Origin: Cyanobacteria bacterium P01_A01_bin.123
GTDB taxonomy: Bacteria; Cyanobacteriota; Cyanobacteriia; Phormidesmidales; Phormidesmidaceae
Direction of reading: 5' to 3'
NCBI GenBank assembly: GCA_039815185.1
Contig: JBCBZT010000009.1
Coordinates: forward strand, 32,001 to 96,000
DNA length: 64,000 nucleotides
The notes beneath the pieces are model-generated. The model had not been told where the DNA came from and made no database searches. It worked only from the letters and a program-made list of their open reading frames with translations. The position numbers and the translations under genes are program-made. The stretch's first letter is position 1, and every line of letters starts with the position of its first letter. This document shows, in pieces, positions 10,201 through 21,690 of this stretch.

Positions 10201-12952
10201 AGTCATTATGGGCATTATCGCTAAGTTGTTGCCCATAGCCTACACCAGTCGTCCGCTTTTGTTTGCGCTAATCGTGCTCAATCAGGTGCGGCTTTCAATC
10301 AAGTGGGGAAACTGTCCTCAAGGCACCATAGCTTACCTGGCTTATGCCGTCAGTTTGTGTAAGCTATTTGGTGATATTGATTCAGCTTATCGGTTGGGGC
10401 AGGTTGCTTTATTGCTGTCGGATAAATTCGGTGTACGGGCCATGCAAGCTTCTGTTATCCAGGTGGCAGCGGCCTTCACACAGCATTGGAAGCAATCCCT
10501 ACGCGATACTGTGTCGCCGTTACTACAGGCCTATGCCGTATCGCTGGAAGTCGGGGAGCCTGAGAATGCCGCCAACTCAGTTTATTTTGCCTGTGGGCAT
10601 CGATTTTGGTTAGGCGAGTCGCTGCCGGCGTTGGCTCAAGCGATGGCTAACTACTACCAAGAGATTGATGCGCTCAATCAAGACGTAGCCCTACAGCTGC
10701 ATGGGATTAATTGGCAAACCGTAGAGAATTTGCTGGGTGAAGCGACTAATCCATGTGCTTTAGATGGCAAGATTTATGTTGCAGACACTATGCGGTCTGT
10801 ACATCAGCGCAGCGGTAATCTTCAGGCGATTTTTGTAGCGCACTTTCAACAACTCTTTCTGAACTACTTGTTTGGCAATTATACTGACGCGATCGCCCAA
10901 GCCGAATTAGCAGAGGCTTATCTAGATGTCGTACCAGCTCAGGTCGTGTTTGCGACTTATCATGTTTATCGAGCATTAACCTGTCTGGCACTGATCGGGC
11001 TGGGTCAGTCAACGCAGAATAAAGAACGGCTAGCGCAGGCGAATCGTGATCTGAAAAAGCTGACAAAATGGGCGCACCATGCACCCGAAAATTACGCCCA
11101 CCGAGTTGCCTTAATCCAAGCGGAGAAACATCGGGTTTTGGGCAACCGCCTTGCTGCGATGGAGGCCTACGACCAAGCCATCACGTTGGCGCAATCAAAT
11201 CAATATTCACAGGAAGCAGGGCTAGCCCAAGAACTCGCGGGTAGATTTTATCTGGATTGGGGCAAAGCTGCGATCGCACAGACTTACTTGGTCAATGCTT
11301 ACTACAGCTACGAACACTGGGGTGCAAAGGCCAAATTGGACGATTTCAAACAATGTTATCAAGCTCATTTGCCCACGACCCTATGGGAAGCCTCAGAGAT
11401 GAACCCGGAGCAAGTTGCTGCGCTGCAAAATTTACCTGGCAGTGACGGACTAATGAAGCATGAAACCACTAGTTTATCTCGCAGCACTAGTCTGTCTCAA
11501 ACCCTTGATGCCACCACTGTAGTCAAAGCTTCCCAGGCATTATCCAGCGAGATTCAGCTCGACCAGCTACTTGAAACTCTGATGCAGGTGCTGTTGGAAA
11601 ATGCTGGCGCCCAACAGGGAGCACTGCTGCTGTTGCGCAACAACAATCTAGTCATTGACGTGGAAGCTCGTCGCCCTCAGCATCTCAATCAACCGTTCGA
11701 CATTGTGACCTTACAGTCCATACCGCTAGCTGACAGTGAAACCGTTCCGATCAGTTTGATTAACTACGTGGCCCGTACTAATGAAACCCTGGTATTGCAA
11801 GACGCTACTGATGAAACTCAATTCACAGCCGATCCTTATCTGTTGCAATATCAACCCAAGTCATTACTGTGTGCACCCATTCGCAATCAGGGCAAGCTGC
11901 TGGGTATTGTGTACCTAGAAAATAACCTGGCCCGGGGTGCGTTTACCCGCGATCGCTTGGAAGTCTTGCAGTTATTAACCACCCAGGCTGCCATTTCCCT
12001 TGAAAATGCCACACTTTATGACACCCTAGAGCAAAAAGTTATCCAGCGTACCCAAGCCCTCCACGAAAAAAATTACCACCTCAAACAAGCCCTAGATGAG
12101 TTAAAGCGCACTCAAACCCAGCTTATTCAAACCGAAAAGATGTCAGGGTTGGGCCAAATGGTAGCGGGGTTAGCCCACGAGATCAATAACCCAATTAACT
12201 TTATCCACGGCAACATCAACCACATTAGAGCCTATGCAGACGACCTGCTGTTGCTGATTGAAACCTATCGTCAGGAATACCCCCAACCTACTAGCGCCAT
12301 TGATACAGTCATTGGCGATATTGATTTGGATTATCTGATCGAAGATTTGCCGGCCCTACTGCGATCCATGCGAACCGGCAGCGATCGCATTCGAGACATT
12401 ATTCTCAGTCTGCGTAACTTTTCACGCCTAGACGAGGCGGATATGAAACCTGTGGATATCCACGAAGGTATCGATAGCACCCTGATGATCTTGCACCATC
12501 GCCTGCGTGAGAAATCGGGCCATGGCGTCATTCAAATCGACAAGCACTACAATCAATTGCCCCAAGTCACCTGCTATGCCAGTCAACTCAATCAGGTCTT
12601 CATGAATGTTTTGGCCAATGCCATCGATGCCCTGAATGAGTATCGCACCCAATCTCCGCTAGTCGTGTCGACTGGATTTGCAGCAAAAATCTCTATCCAC
12701 ACCGAAAGCGTTGGTAATAATCGAGTCCGGATTCGCATTGCCGACAACGGCCCTGGCATTCCTGAATCCGTCCGGGCCAAAATCTTTGACCCCTTCTTTA
12801 CCACCAAACCCATTGGCAGCGGTACTGGGTTGGGGTTATCCATCAGCCATCAAATCGTGGTGGAGAAACACAAAGGTCAATTCATCTGCGAGTCTATTCC
12901 TAATCAAGGTACGGTTTTTGTAATTGAAATTCCCATCCAGCCGGAGATTTAA
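7289..12952 (+). CDS. HstK-type multidomain kinase: Ser/Thr kinase + AAA ATPase + GAF + histidine kinase
   Basis: HKDIKPAN; Walker A GYSGVGKT; Walker [13 protein letters not shown] motif YLENN; H-box AHEINNP; DNGPGI...FDPFFTTK...GTGLGLS. Confidence 0.95.
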   Translation: MASRVETSISVQGYTLHNQLYSGSRTVVYRGIRDSDGQAVAIKLLKQEHPTPVEITQFRNQYAIAQKLNIPGIVKPYSLEYWQNRYAFVMEDYGGVALSQYLHQLVDSTHAAPTQTFESPTQAEPLNLLHQVEKPPLDLADFFTVAIQIATILDGLYRHQVLHKDIKPANILIHPETKQVKLIDFSIASLLPRETQDAQSLTLLEGTLSYMSPEQTGRMNRGIDYRTDFYSLGITFYELLTGQLPFQKDDPLDLIYCHIANQAVPVHQVNADVPGMLSHLVAKLMAKNAEDRYQSALGLRHDLQRCQDQWLATGTVETFELGQRDVCDRFSIPEKLYGRGAEVAALLAAFERVAGSPSVAAGGQRSNARSELLLIAGYSGVGKTAVVNEVHKPILRRQGYFTQGKFDQFQRNVPLSALIQALRGLMGQLLAENQANVNTWRDRILAAVGDQGQIIVDVIPEVEWLIGEQPAVEPLDPGASQNRFNRVLQKFIQVFPSADHPLVLFIDDLQWADTASLNLLQGLLGQTESLHLLVIGAYRDNEVSPTHPLNLTLDEIRQSGTKVNTIALLPLEHNDLNCLVADTLNCAAADALSLTQLILAKTQGNPFFTTQFLKTLHQSEQIWFDFDNRCWRWDLDQIKALSLSEDVVEFVVAQLQHLSVSTQEVLTLAACIGNEFDLKTLSTVSERSAEMLEAELWEPLQNGLLLMGSRSAPKELQPKPSASAPFEAMGFASAPIGTGQSTYSQGMVYKFLHDRVQQAAYVLIPVDQKQALHLKIGRLLLQKTPAEQRESHLFEIVSHLNQGVKLISDRDEQVSVARMNLAAGQQAKLSGAYGAAFDYLHRGIELIGQNHWQAELDLMVALYEAIAEVAYLQGKFEAMEKYADQVLTHTQDLLSQVKIYEIKIVAYQAQGRSQAAITTGLQVLKAFGLNFPENPNKGQVMLALARTKLAQLNITIEDLAELPVMTDPSQLVIMGIIAKLLPIAYTSRPLLFALIVLNQVRLSIKWGNCPQGTIAYLAYAVSLCKLFGDIDSAYRLGQVALLLSDKFGVRAMQASVIQVAAAFTQHWKQSLRDTVSPLLQAYAVSLEVGEPENAANSVYFACGHRFWLGESLPALAQAMANYYQEIDALNQDVALQLHGINWQTVENLLGEATNPCALDGKIYVADTMRSVHQRSGNLQAIFVAHFQQLFLNYLFGNYTDAIAQAELAEAYLDVVPAQVVFATYHVYRALTCLALIGLGQSTQNKERLAQANRDLKKLTKWAHHAPENYAHRVALIQAEKHRVLGNRLAAMEAYDQAITLAQSNQYSQEAGLAQELAGRFYLDWGKAAIAQTYLVNAYYSYEHWGAKAKLDDFKQCYQAHLPTTLWEASEMNPEQVAALQNLPGSDGLMKHETTSLSRSTSLSQTLDATTVVKASQALSSEIQLDQLLETLMQVLLENAGAQQGALLLLRNNNLVIDVEARRPQHLNQPFDIVTLQSIPLADSETVPISLINYVARTNETLVLQDATDETQFTADPYLLQYQPKSLLCAPIRNQGKLLGIVYLENNLARGAFTRDRLEVLQLLTTQAAISLENATLYDTLEQKVIQRTQALHEKNYHLKQALDELKRTQTQLIQTEKMSGLGQMVAGLAHEINNPINFIHGNINHIRAYADDLLLLIETYRQEYPQPTSAIDTVIGDIDLDYLIEDLPALLRSMRTGSDRIRDIILSLRNFSRLDEADMKPVDIHEGIDSTLMILHHRLREKSGHGVIQIDKHYNQLPQVTCYASQLNQVFMNVLANAIDALNEYRTQSPLVVSTGFAAKISIHTESVGNNRVRIRIADNGPGIPESVRAKIFDPFFTTKPIGSGTGLGLSISHQIVVEKHKGQFICESIPNQGTVFVIEIPIQPEI

Positions 12953-13026
12953 ATAAGGGGCACACGACTCAAGTCAATGCAATTAGCAACGCAACAGGTT
13001 GTCACGGATATTCACAGGAAAAGTGT

Positions 13027-14442
13027 ATGTTACCAAAACGTGATAGCCAGCGTCAAAGGCATAAATCTAAAGCGTCTAAAAGCTTGTCGAGCCAGTCTCC
13101 GATTGGCAATGTGCCACTAGTTGAACTAGCCGTTGTATTAGCCGTCTCTATTAGTTTTTATTTAATTGCATCGGTTCTGGATTTGAATGAACGATGGATT
13201 GACTGGTCAGCGCAGTATGAACAATATGAACTAGACGAACTCCCTTTAGGGTTTGGTATCATTGCCGTGGCTTTTGCTTGGTTCTCTTGGCGAAGATGGG
13301 TTGTCTTAAATAAGACCAATTCAGAGCTTTCTCGCATTCAAACATCCTTGCTAGTTGAAATTAGACAGCGAGAAAAAGCAGAGAAAATTGGAGCAGATAT
13401 TCGCCAAAAGCTTGAGCAAAATATTTTGGTTCAAAAGAAACGTACTGAACGGATTCAATCTATTCAAGAAATGGGAGAATTGCTGATATTCGCCCAAAGT
13501 AAACCAGAGATTTTTAACATCGCGATTCGATACGCGCAAAAGATTATACCGTGCTCATCCGGAGCCATCTATGAATCATACGATCACTCACTAAAGCATA
13601 TTCAAGGATGGGGAAAACTTACCAACTTAGATTTTGAGGTCACCACTGACTATGTGTGTTGGGCTACTCGGCAAGGGAAATCTTATCGGGAAACGCCTAC
13701 CCCTTCTGGGCAATCTCTATGTGCCCATGCAACTGGTAGTCAGTACATTATCTGCGTGCCGATTCTGACACCTAGAGGAGTTTGGGGAGTTTTGCATTTT
13801 CGCCAAGGTCATTCTTTCGCTGAGACCGAACAGACCGCTAAGTTTGACAACATCGAATTAGAGAGCTTAGCTAAAACCATTGCAGACAATATTGGCTTGC
13901 ATATTCACAGCCTTTTTCTAAAGGAGCAGCTTACCCTAGAATCAATTCGAGATCCGCTGACAGGTATTCTCAATCGCCGTGGCTTATTAAAACTGATTCA
14001 AGAACGAGACCTGTTACAAAACCCAGATTCTCATTGCTCTGTACTGCTGCTAGATATTGATTACTTCAAGCAGCTAAATGATCAGTTTGGCCATAATACT
14101 GGAGATGCTGCGTTAGTATCCATCTCAGAATTAGTTGCCAAGCTGATTCGCCGACAAGATATTTTCTGTCGATATGGCGGCGAAGAATTCTTGCTAATGT
14201 TAATCAATATAGATAAATCTACTGCGCTTTTGCGAGCGGAAAGTATTCGACAGTTTGTTGAACAGCATGTCCTCAAAATAGGCAGCCATCAGGTTGATCA
14301 GCTAACAGTTTCTATTGGAGTTGCAACCTACCCTGAAGATGCCGATGCCTATGAGGAGTTAATCCAAAAAGCAGATAAGGCATTATATCGAGCCAAGGAA
14401 CTGGGGCGAAACAGGGTGGTTGACTGTGCCATGGCTGGATAA
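13027..14442 (+). CDS. Membrane-bound GAF-like + GGDEF diguanylate cyclase
   Basis: DPLTGILNRR, DIDYFKQLNDQFGH, RxxD I-site (RRQD) and RYGGEEF; two N-terminal TM helices. Confidence 0.92.
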   Translation: MLPKRDSQRQRHKSKASKSLSSQSPIGNVPLVELAVVLAVSISFYLIASVLDLNERWIDWSAQYEQYELDELPLGFGIIAVAFAWFSWRRWVVLNKTNSELSRIQTSLLVEIRQREKAEKIGADIRQKLEQNILVQKKRTERIQSIQEMGELLIFAQSKPEIFNIAIRYAQKIIPCSSGAIYESYDHSLKHIQGWGKLTNLDFEVTTDYVCWATRQGKSYRETPTPSGQSLCAHATGSQYIICVPILTPRGVWGVLHFRQGHSFAETEQTAKFDNIELESLAKTIADNIGLHIHSLFLKEQLTLESIRDPLTGILNRRGLLKLIQERDLLQNPDSHCSVLLLDIDYFKQLNDQFGHNTGDAALVSISELVAKLIRRQDIFCRYGGEEFLLMLINIDKSTALLRAESIRQFVEQHVLKIGSHQVDQLTVSIGVATYPEDADAYEELIQKADKALYRAKELGRNRVVDCAMAG

Positions 14443-14486
14443 TCTGACTTTAGATTGGGGCATTAAAGATTGGGGCATTGACTGAC

Positions 14487-16016
14487 TTACGGTAGCCAAA
14501 GCTGGGGCAAAAGTTGATTACCAAACTGCCTGATCGTGCGATTGAGGGTGCGGGCGATCGCGATGTGGGGTTCATCCGCTTCAATTGGCAGCACAACAGC
14601 ACTGCGACCCAATCCCAGGGTTTCGATAACTTGATTGGCCGCCTCTAACCCCGTAACATAAGCTTTTTCTTGAGACCAAGACCCGTGACGAGTGACAATC
14701 CAATCACCGCTCATGACTAGATTCGATACGCTGGTGCGACTCGGCAGCAAATATTGATAGCTGCCGGGGGCAAAGTGGCTGACGGCTTGGGGCAATCGAA
14801 TTACGCTGTGATCCACAATCTGGGCATTGCTAAAACCAGAAATACAACCTGCTAAATTAGACTGCACCAGGGGCAAGATTTGGGCATCATCCAGAGATAA
14901 GAACTGATTAGCGTGGTAGTAGTCCACCTCAATTACTGAACCGGGTACATTTTGGTATTCATCGTGCAAAGCATTGAGATCGAAGAACGTCCACCCCGTG
15001 GTGTTGTGGAAACCAAAGCAAGCGTTTGAAGGCAGGGGGATGTCAATTTTCTGGTCGAACCAGAGGCGGGTGGCTAGCACATCAACGGCCTTAAGGTTGC
15101 TCAAGTTGCGAAATTCGGCCCGCTCTCGCAAAGCAGGGCTATTCGCCACGATCTTTTTCATCCCGGTGATGCCCGTGGCAAAAATTACGGCATCGGCGTC
15201 AAAGCGTTGATCGCCGCAGATGACTGCCGTAACGCGATCGCCGTCGAGCACCACATCACTCACCCGATGCTTCGGCAAAATCTGCCCTCCAGCTTTTTCA
15301 ATCGCTGTCGTCCAGGGTTTGAAGATTTGCTCACCTACGGTGCCACGACACCATTTCACGTCAAAGTCGCTTTGGTGGGCCAGAATGAAGTAATAGAGCA
15401 TCCCCAACGCCGCCGCTGCCGAACACTGCTCTCCGGGGGCAAACAACCCTACCAGCAGCATCGGTTCAAAGGATTCTTTATAAAGCCTTGCCGACACGCC
15501 AAACTGCTTAAACAACTCGCGCGCCGTCACCCCGTCATAGCGCTGCCAAGCCTCGTGAGAATTGTCAAAGTCAATCAGGGCGTAGAGTAGGGGCAGGGCT
15601 GAGAGGCGATCGCTTAGGGGTAAGCGCTTAAATCGCGTGTAGAGAAACGTACCTAAGGGGCTAGGTAGCCGAGGCTCGTCCTGAAAAATTGGCGACTCCA
15701 CCTCCAACCCCGCCGGAGAATATTGAGACGACCGGGTAAATGGCGTAAACGGATCCAAGCCTAAGCGATCGATTAGGGAAAAAATGTTGCGATAGGGATG
15801 CCAAAACCCGTGAATTCCCGCTTCAACCGATCGCCCCTGGGCTGTTTGCCACCCAGCGACCAGACCCCCTGGATAAGCCCCGGCTTCGAGTAACGTCACG
15901 TCATAACCTTGGGTGGCGAGATGGTGAGTTGCACCTAATCCGGCCCATCCTGCTCCAACGACGACGACTTTGGGGCGATCGCCCCGAATTGACTCCATTG
16001 ATGTTGCGGTTGTCAT
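14487..16016 (-). CDS. FAD-dependent oxidoreductase, amine oxidase/carotenoid desaturase-like family
   Basis: VVVVGAGWAGL Rossmann motif, EAG..GG, GIHGFW, SGDW and QEKAYVTGLEAAN. Confidence 0.85.
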   Translation of the reverse strand: MTTATSMESIRGDRPKVVVVGAGWAGLGATHHLATQGYDVTLLEAGAYPGGLVAGWQTAQGRSVEAGIHGFWHPYRNIFSLIDRLGLDPFTPFTRSSQYSPAGLEVESPIFQDEPRLPSPLGTFLYTRFKRLPLSDRLSALPLLYALIDFDNSHEAWQRYDGVTARELFKQFGVSARLYKESFEPMLLVGLFAPGEQCSAAAALGMLYYFILAHQSDFDVKWCRGTVGEQIFKPWTTAIEKAGGQILPKHRVSDVVLDGDRVTAVICGDQRFDADAVIFATGITGMKKIVANSPALRERAEFRNLSNLKAVDVLATRLWFDQKIDIPLPSNACFGFHNTTGWTFFDLNALHDEYQNVPGSVIEVDYYHANQFLSLDDAQILPLVQSNLAGCISGFSNAQIVDHSVIRLPQAVSHFAPGSYQYLLPSRTSVSNLVMSGDWIVTRHGSWSQEKAYVTGLEAANQVIETLGLGRSAVVLPIEADEPHIAIARTLNRTIRQFGNQLLPQLWLP

Positions 16017-16311
16017 AATCCCTTTTTCAAGTCTCTGCTTTAGCATGACACGATGTGCGGGTGAGAAACCGGGTTGCTGAACCTGGTGCCAATCCAGCAA
16101 CATGCCAAATGAGTTCTATAGAACAGGGCAGCAACATTCCCCCTTGATTTTAATTTATCCAACCTTCATATAGCTTGTTTAAAGGACTCATCAAGAATAC
16201 GCAAAACACATTACTAAGTTAGCTAGCCAGCTGGGGATTTTAACTATAATATCTACAACTAAAGTTTAGGTGCTCTACACATTAAAAGCTTCCTTTTAGC
16301 CAATCGCTTCA

Positions 16312-16472
16312 GTGGTGCAGAAAACCTTTTTCGAATCTCATAGTGGATAAATTTGACAGTCAAAAAAACAACTAAAACGTCATTATCCTAGTTCATTTTC
16401 CCGAGAAATTCAAAATCAATATCTCTTTGAGAATCCTTTATTTATAGAGGTTTCAAGAGTTTTCTGCATCAC
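16312..16472. mobile_element. Putative MITE/IS remnant (~161 bp) with 14-bp terminal inverted repeats
   Basis: GTGGTGCAGAAAAC (16312-16325) and GTTTTCTGCATCAC (16459-16472) match at 13/14 positions as an inverted pair. The interior is AT-rich and non-coding. Confidence 0.45.
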
Positions 16473-16595
16473 CAAGATCAATCGCTATAAAGCTCAGAGC
16501 TGAGTGTCTCGTTCACATCTACACCCAACTGTGCTCATAGCGTTATTCAGTAATGCTAGACAACATAATAAAGTTATATTAGGAGTTTAAAACTA

Positions 16596-18257
16596 ATGGT
16601 TACTCAATTAGTTCCGAAATTAGCTTCTGGCAGTCAAAAAATCAGCCAAACATTCAAATTTAACCTGCGATTTTTATTTATCGTTTTACTCTCCTTAGGA
16701 ATAGCTCTTCGCTGTGCGAACATTGATGGAAAAGTTTATTGGTTTGATGAATCCTTCACGTCATTGAGGATCTCTGGTTATACGGAAGAGGAGGTTATTC
16801 AGCACATTTCAGATCAAGAGATATTGACTGCTAAAGATTTTCTTAGATACCAGCAGATTAATGATGAGAAAGGTTTGGCAGATACAATTAAAGGGTTAGC
16901 TATTGAAGAACCTCAACTCACACCGCTTTACTTTATCGCCGCACGATTGTGGGCACAATGGTTTGGCAATTCTATTGTAGTAGTAAGAAGCTTATCTGTT
17001 CTGTTCAGTCTACTCATATTTCCTGTAGCTTATTGGCTTTGCTTGGAATTATTTAATTCAAAGCTAGTGGGATGGGTGGCAATTTCAACAATAGCAATTT
17101 CACCTTTACATTTGCTCTTTGCCCAAGAAGCACGTCCTTATAGCTTGTGGGTTCTTACCCTATTAATATCTAGTACTGCTCTTTTGAGGGCAATCCGACG
17201 ACAAACAAAAGTTGCTTGGATAACCTATTCGATCAGTGTTGCAATCGGGCTATATTCCTTCTTATTCTTTGGGCTCGGCATAATTAGTCACGGCATCTAT
17301 ATTTTAATCGCAGAGAGGTTTCGTTTTCGGAAAACGCTTCTAAGCTACCTGTTAGCCATATTAGTGGGCGTGATTATTTTTTCCCCTTGGATTATAGTGA
17401 TCTTGACAAATCCAAACCCCATGGTGAGTTTGGGTTCAAGAGGGGTTGAGTTGTCATTATTAGTTAAAGCGTGGATTCATAATCTGAGCCTTACTGTCTT
17501 TGACTTTGATCTAGGTTGGTGCTTTCCTATTGGCAGTTCGTATTGCCGATCTGCTTTAACCTTGAGGAATGTTTTATTATATTTGATGCTGCCCGCTTTG
17601 TGTCTAGCGGGCTATTCAATTTATTTCCTCTGTCGTCACACTCAAAGACGAGTTTGGGGCTTTGTCGTAACGATGATAGGAACTACGATAGCTTTTTTAG
17701 CCGTGCCGGATGTAATACTAGGAGGTCATCGTTCTAGTATTACCCGATATTTGTTCCCAATTTTCTTGGGCATTCAATTATCTTTTGCCTATCTTTTGTC
17801 TAGTCAAGCTTTTTCAGCTTCAGCTAATACTAAAATTCGAAAATTCTGGAAGCTTGTAGCAGCACTTTTAATCTCATTAGGAGTTTTATCCTGTATGAGG
17901 ATATCTCAAGCAGACTCTTGGTGGAACAAAGCACAGAATTATCATGTTATTCCGATGGCTCATGTGCTCAACAGTGTTGAAGCACCTTTTTTGATTTATC
18001 CAGTTTCACCTGGTATCGGTTTTGTAGGACGAGTAATGCCGCTGTTTCACGAGCTTAATCCAGAGACAAAGATTCAGTTTGTGCCTCAATCTATTGAAAC
18101 TATTAAAGTCCCGAATGGTCTTGAAAATATTTTCATATTTAACCCTTCGCAGCCAGTGATTGAGCAGTTTCAAAAGATCGATGATTACAGCATAGAGCTC
18201 GTTTTCATTAACCCGATTCATCCCAGTCCGAGACTTTGGAAAATAGAAAAGACTTAG
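16596..18257 (+). CDS. GT-C fold glycosyltransferase (GT39/ArnT/PMT-like)
   Basis: YWFDE acidic motif after TM1, PLYF, RSLSVLFS and AQEARPYSL; many TM helices; AT-rich. Confidence 0.85.
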   Translation: MVTQLVPKLASGSQKISQTFKFNLRFLFIVLLSLGIALRCANIDGKVYWFDESFTSLRISGYTEEEVIQHISDQEILTAKDFLRYQQINDEKGLADTIKGLAIEEPQLTPLYFIAARLWAQWFGNSIVVVRSLSVLFSLLIFPVAYWLCLELFNSKLVGWVAISTIAISPLHLLFAQEARPYSLWVLTLLISSTALLRAIRRQTKVAWITYSISVAIGLYSFLFFGLGIISHGIYILIAERFRFRKTLLSYLLAILVGVIIFSPWIIVILTNPNPMVSLGSRGVELSLLVKAWIHNLSLTVFDFDLGWCFPIGSSYCRSALTLRNVLLYLMLPALCLAGYSIYFLCRHTQRRVWGFVVTMIGTTIAFLAVPDVILGGHRSSITRYLFPIFLGIQLSFAYLLSSQAFSASANTKIRKFWKLVAALLISLGVLSCMRISQADSWWNKAQNYHVIPMAHVLNSVEAPFLIYPVSPGIGFVGRVMPLFHELNPETKIQFVPQSIETIKVPNGLENIFIFNPSQPVIEQFQKIDDYSIELVFINPIHPSPRLWKIEKT

Positions 18258-18407
18258 TAAACAAGTATGACGGAACTGAGAATTTCAGATATATAAATTC
18301 TAATAAAGCGATATATCTGACAACCCGTGGAGATTTTCATAAACGTAAAGGGGATCGTTGTGTCTACCGCTAAAAGCTTAGATTTTCTATAAACTCCCTT
18401 TAAGGAT

Positions 18408-19985
18408 ATGAACTATATTTATTCTAGGAAAATCATTTTCTCTTTGTCGATTATCATTCTGATTGCTGCTCTATTGCGGATAACTTTTCTGTCAGAAGTT
18501 CCTGGTGGCTTTAACTGCGACGAAGCACTTAATGGATATGAAGCTTATTCAATTCTAGAGACATCACGGGATCGCTATGGAAAGCTATTGCCACTGTTTA
18601 CCAGGGCATTTAATAGCTATCGCCCAACCTTATACATATTTGCAGCAATTCCATCTGTCAAAATCTTTGGGCTTAATGAATTTGGCGTTAGGTTCCCATC
18701 TGCATTTTTTGGAGTTTTGACTGTTTGGATGGTGTTCCTTATTGTCAAGCATGTTTTCAGCCCTAAATGGGCCTTAATCTCTGCATTTATGCTTGCGATT
18801 AATCCTTGGCATATTCATTTTAGCCGAAGTGCTTATGAAGCTAGTTTGCTACCGTTTCTTTTTTGCTTAGGATATTGGCTATTCTTAAAAAGCTTTAAGA
18901 AGCCAACATATCTAATTTTCAGTGCCATATTTTTTTCGATGAGCTTGAATACTTATCATGCGGCAAGAGTTTTTGTGCCCTTGTTTTTGATGGGTTTAAT
19001 CATTATCTATAAGAAACATATTATAGATAATTTCAAGCAGTCAATTGCTGCTTTCATAGCTTTCAACACAATTTTTATTCCCATCTTTAAATTTTGGATT
19101 TCACCACAAGGAATGGCTAGAGCAAGCCAAGTAGGTATAGAGACTAGCTTATCTAAAATTATTATCAATTACATTTCGTTTTTTAATCCGAAATACCTAT
19201 TCTGGGATGGATTTGAAGACTTGTCTTTAAATCCTGTTGGCATAGGATGTTTTTACTATTTTGAATTCGTCACAATTGGACTATGTGCATTATTTCTTGC
19301 AAAAAGAGGTAACAAGAATCAGAAAACCTTGCTATTTTGGTTGTTTCTATATCCAATACCTGCAGCATTAGTTGATACTGTAAATCCGCTAAGAACACTC
19401 GCTGGAGCACCTATATTTGCTATTCTTTCTGGGTGTGGAGTTGCAATAATTAAAAATTATTTAGAAGCCATCTTGAATCGTTCAGCCTTCAAGTTAGCAT
19501 GCATCTTTTTGGTGTCATTTATGATGTCAGGTTTTACCTACTTTTTTACTCATTATTACACCAATTATCCTCCTGAAGCATTATTTTCTTGGAAGTATGG
19601 CTTACGTGAAGCTATACAATATGCAGAAAATCACTCCTATAGCTGCGTGATTATGAGCAGCGATCGCAATAGTAATTGTTATGCGATTCATGATTTTATT
19701 TCTCATGTGCCGTTCTATACCCAGTATCCACCTGAAAAATATCAAAGATCGCCAATTTCACCATTGGTTGGGGACTCTCAAGCTAACATTTATTCCCTAG
19801 GGAAATATAGCTTAGCCTCTATTGAAAACCAAACAAAATTGAATGAAAGATGTCTCTACATCATTCGCCCAGATGAGTTGATTACCTTAGATTCTAAGGG
19901 ATATGCTTGGAAAGAGGTTTATGCTATTGAAGATAACCGCAATATTACTTATTTCAAACTCGTTGAGATTTATGATTTGAGTTGA
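18408..19985 (+). CDS. GT-C fold glycosyltransferase (ArnT/PMT-like)
   Basis: PGGFNCDEA, GLNEFGVRFPSAFFG and NPWHIHFSR motifs; polytopic; very AT-rich. Confidence 0.85.
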   Translation: MNYIYSRKIIFSLSIIILIAALLRITFLSEVPGGFNCDEALNGYEAYSILETSRDRYGKLLPLFTRAFNSYRPTLYIFAAIPSVKIFGLNEFGVRFPSAFFGVLTVWMVFLIVKHVFSPKWALISAFMLAINPWHIHFSRSAYEASLLPFLFCLGYWLFLKSFKKPTYLIFSAIFFSMSLNTYHAARVFVPLFLMGLIIIYKKHIIDNFKQSIAAFIAFNTIFIPIFKFWISPQGMARASQVGIETSLSKIIINYISFFNPKYLFWDGFEDLSLNPVGIGCFYYFEFVTIGLCALFLAKRGNKNQKTLLFWLFLYPIPAALVDTVNPLRTLAGAPIFAILSGCGVAIIKNYLEAILNRSAFKLACIFLVSFMMSGFTYFFTHYYTNYPPEALFSWKYGLREAIQYAENHSYSCVIMSSDRNSNCYAIHDFISHVPFYTQYPPEKYQRSPISPLVGDSQANIYSLGKYSLASIENQTKLNERCLYIIRPDELITLDSKGYAWKEVYAIEDNRNITYFKLVEIYDLS

Positions 19986-20120
19986 AATGTAACTGATTAT
20001 ATTTATCTGAGATAACTGATGATGATGTAACGAACTTTGCCCACGGGAATGGACTTGATCTAGCTTTGCGAATTGGAATAGCCATTGTTCTAGATGTAAT
20101 CTGAGTTGGTTCGCGTAGAA

Positions 20121-21611
20121 TTACTTGAATTTTCTGCATTCTCCAGGACGCTTCAGAATACAGGTGTTGCCAAAGCAGGTTTGCAGTCTATAGTTTCCGT
20201 GCCGCGCTATAAACGCTTCATCGACAATCGCATTATCGGCAATCACATAGTTAAACTCTGCATTGCGCGCGTCAAATCTGGTCTGATTGTGCTTGAGGTC
20301 AGTTACCACGGTGATGTCTTGATGGAGATGGGTGTAGCCGCCATAGAGCCAGGTCGCATTCCAAAGGCCTAACCCACAGATGTCGTCTGTTTGACTCAGT
20401 ATTTTCAGAGAAATCAGCATATTGGCGTCAGTCGTCCAATGGGTCTGGCTGGGTCGATAGATCAAGATTTCAGGAAATCCTAGCCTGTCAGCATCACGGG
20501 TTTCAAATCGAGTTGCCAAAACCGTTGAGGTTGCTAAGCAAAGGATAAGACCGATGACCAGGGCCGTTGATGGGTATCGCCGCACCCAAGTGTTGTGCTG
20601 CTTCAGCCTTTCAAGCAGTTCAGCCAGCCCAATGCTGGCCAGAATTAAGCTGCACACGATCACTGGATAAATAAAGCGATATTCTTTATGGGACAACAGA
20701 CTATGGGAGCCCAAAATGACCAATGAAAATAGGGCCAATTGTGGACTTTTCAGCGACCCGATTAGGGTCAAGCCAGCCATGGGAATAATCGCCCATGACC
20801 AAACCCGGATCAAGAATTTGAGATAGCCATACCAGGGCAAAATGCCAAATTCCAGACTCTTTTCTTCAACGACATTAATCCAGAAGTTCTTGAGCATAGA
20901 TTGAAAGGGATAGTCCCAGGTGAGGGCATCCACTGCCCCAAATATCAGCACTGGCCCAATAAAACCAATCAACAGGGGTAGCCATCGCTTTCTAAAATCC
21001 CCCTTACCAATCGCAACCAGACACACCAAAATACCGGGTAGAAAATGAAAGCGTAGACTAAAGGCAATCCCCAGCAAAACACCCGCCCAAAACAGTCTGC
21101 GCTCATCTGGAAATCCTTTGTAGTCAGCGTTGTGCAGTCCCAAGTAAAATCCAGGCAGCAAAACATGGGTGGCAACCACCTCAGTAAATGCCTTGGGAGC
21201 AAAGAAAATCAGTTCGAACCAAATACATGACGCGATCGCCGCAATAAACCCTGCGTTGACGCCGCTGACTCGTTTGGCCCACTGGAAGCTCACCCAAATA
21301 CAGGTCAGCGACAGCGCACTTAACAGCACGTTAATTGCAAATAAATAGTCTACAGAACCGGGCAATACCCAGTCGCTGAGACGCATGACGATCGCGAGCA
21401 CGGTGGGGAATATCCACGAGCGAATCCCTTCCCGAAATTCCCATGGCGTAATGCCGTAACCAAAGGCTAGTCTATGGGCCTGTTCTTGGGTTTGAAAAAT
21501 CTCATCGGCTAGGAGGATGTTGGGTAGTGCAAACCCCAGACCCACTCGCAGCAGAAACCCTAGCAGGAGGATGCTAATTAATAAGTGCTTTCGCGGGATT
21601 TTCAGCTCCAT
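20121..21611 (-). CDS. Alg9/PIG-B-like (GT22) mannosyltransferase
   Basis: DEIFQTQEQAHRLAFGYGITPWEF...IRS and HKEYRFIYP match the PIG-B/Alg9 signatures. Confidence 0.82.
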   Translation of the reverse strand: MELKIPRKHLLISILLLGFLLRVGLGFALPNILLADEIFQTQEQAHRLAFGYGITPWEFREGIRSWIFPTVLAIVMRLSDWVLPGSVDYLFAINVLLSALSLTCIWVSFQWAKRVSGVNAGFIAAIASCIWFELIFFAPKAFTEVVATHVLLPGFYLGLHNADYKGFPDERRLFWAGVLLGIAFSLRFHFLPGILVCLVAIGKGDFRKRWLPLLIGFIGPVLIFGAVDALTWDYPFQSMLKNFWINVVEEKSLEFGILPWYGYLKFLIRVWSWAIIPMAGLTLIGSLKSPQLALFSLVILGSHSLLSHKEYRFIYPVIVCSLILASIGLAELLERLKQHNTWVRRYPSTALVIGLILCLATSTVLATRFETRDADRLGFPEILIYRPSQTHWTTDANMLISLKILSQTDDICGLGLWNATWLYGGYTHLHQDITVVTDLKHNQTRFDARNAEFNYVIADNAIVDEAFIARHGNYRLQTCFGNTCILKRPGECRKFK

Positions 21612-21625
21612 AGGGCGGTGGGTTG

Positions 21626-21690
21626 AGAAACCGGGTTTCTGTGTCTGTGTTTGAGCATTCTAAACATTGTGCTAAAGAAACCCGGTTTCT
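21626..21690. repeat. Inverted doublet of a 15-bp REP-like palindrome (REPIN-like)
   Basis: AGAAACCGGGTTTCT (21626-21640) and its exact reverse complement AGAAACCCGGTTTCT (21676-21690). A degenerate copy lies near 16064. Confidence 0.65.
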
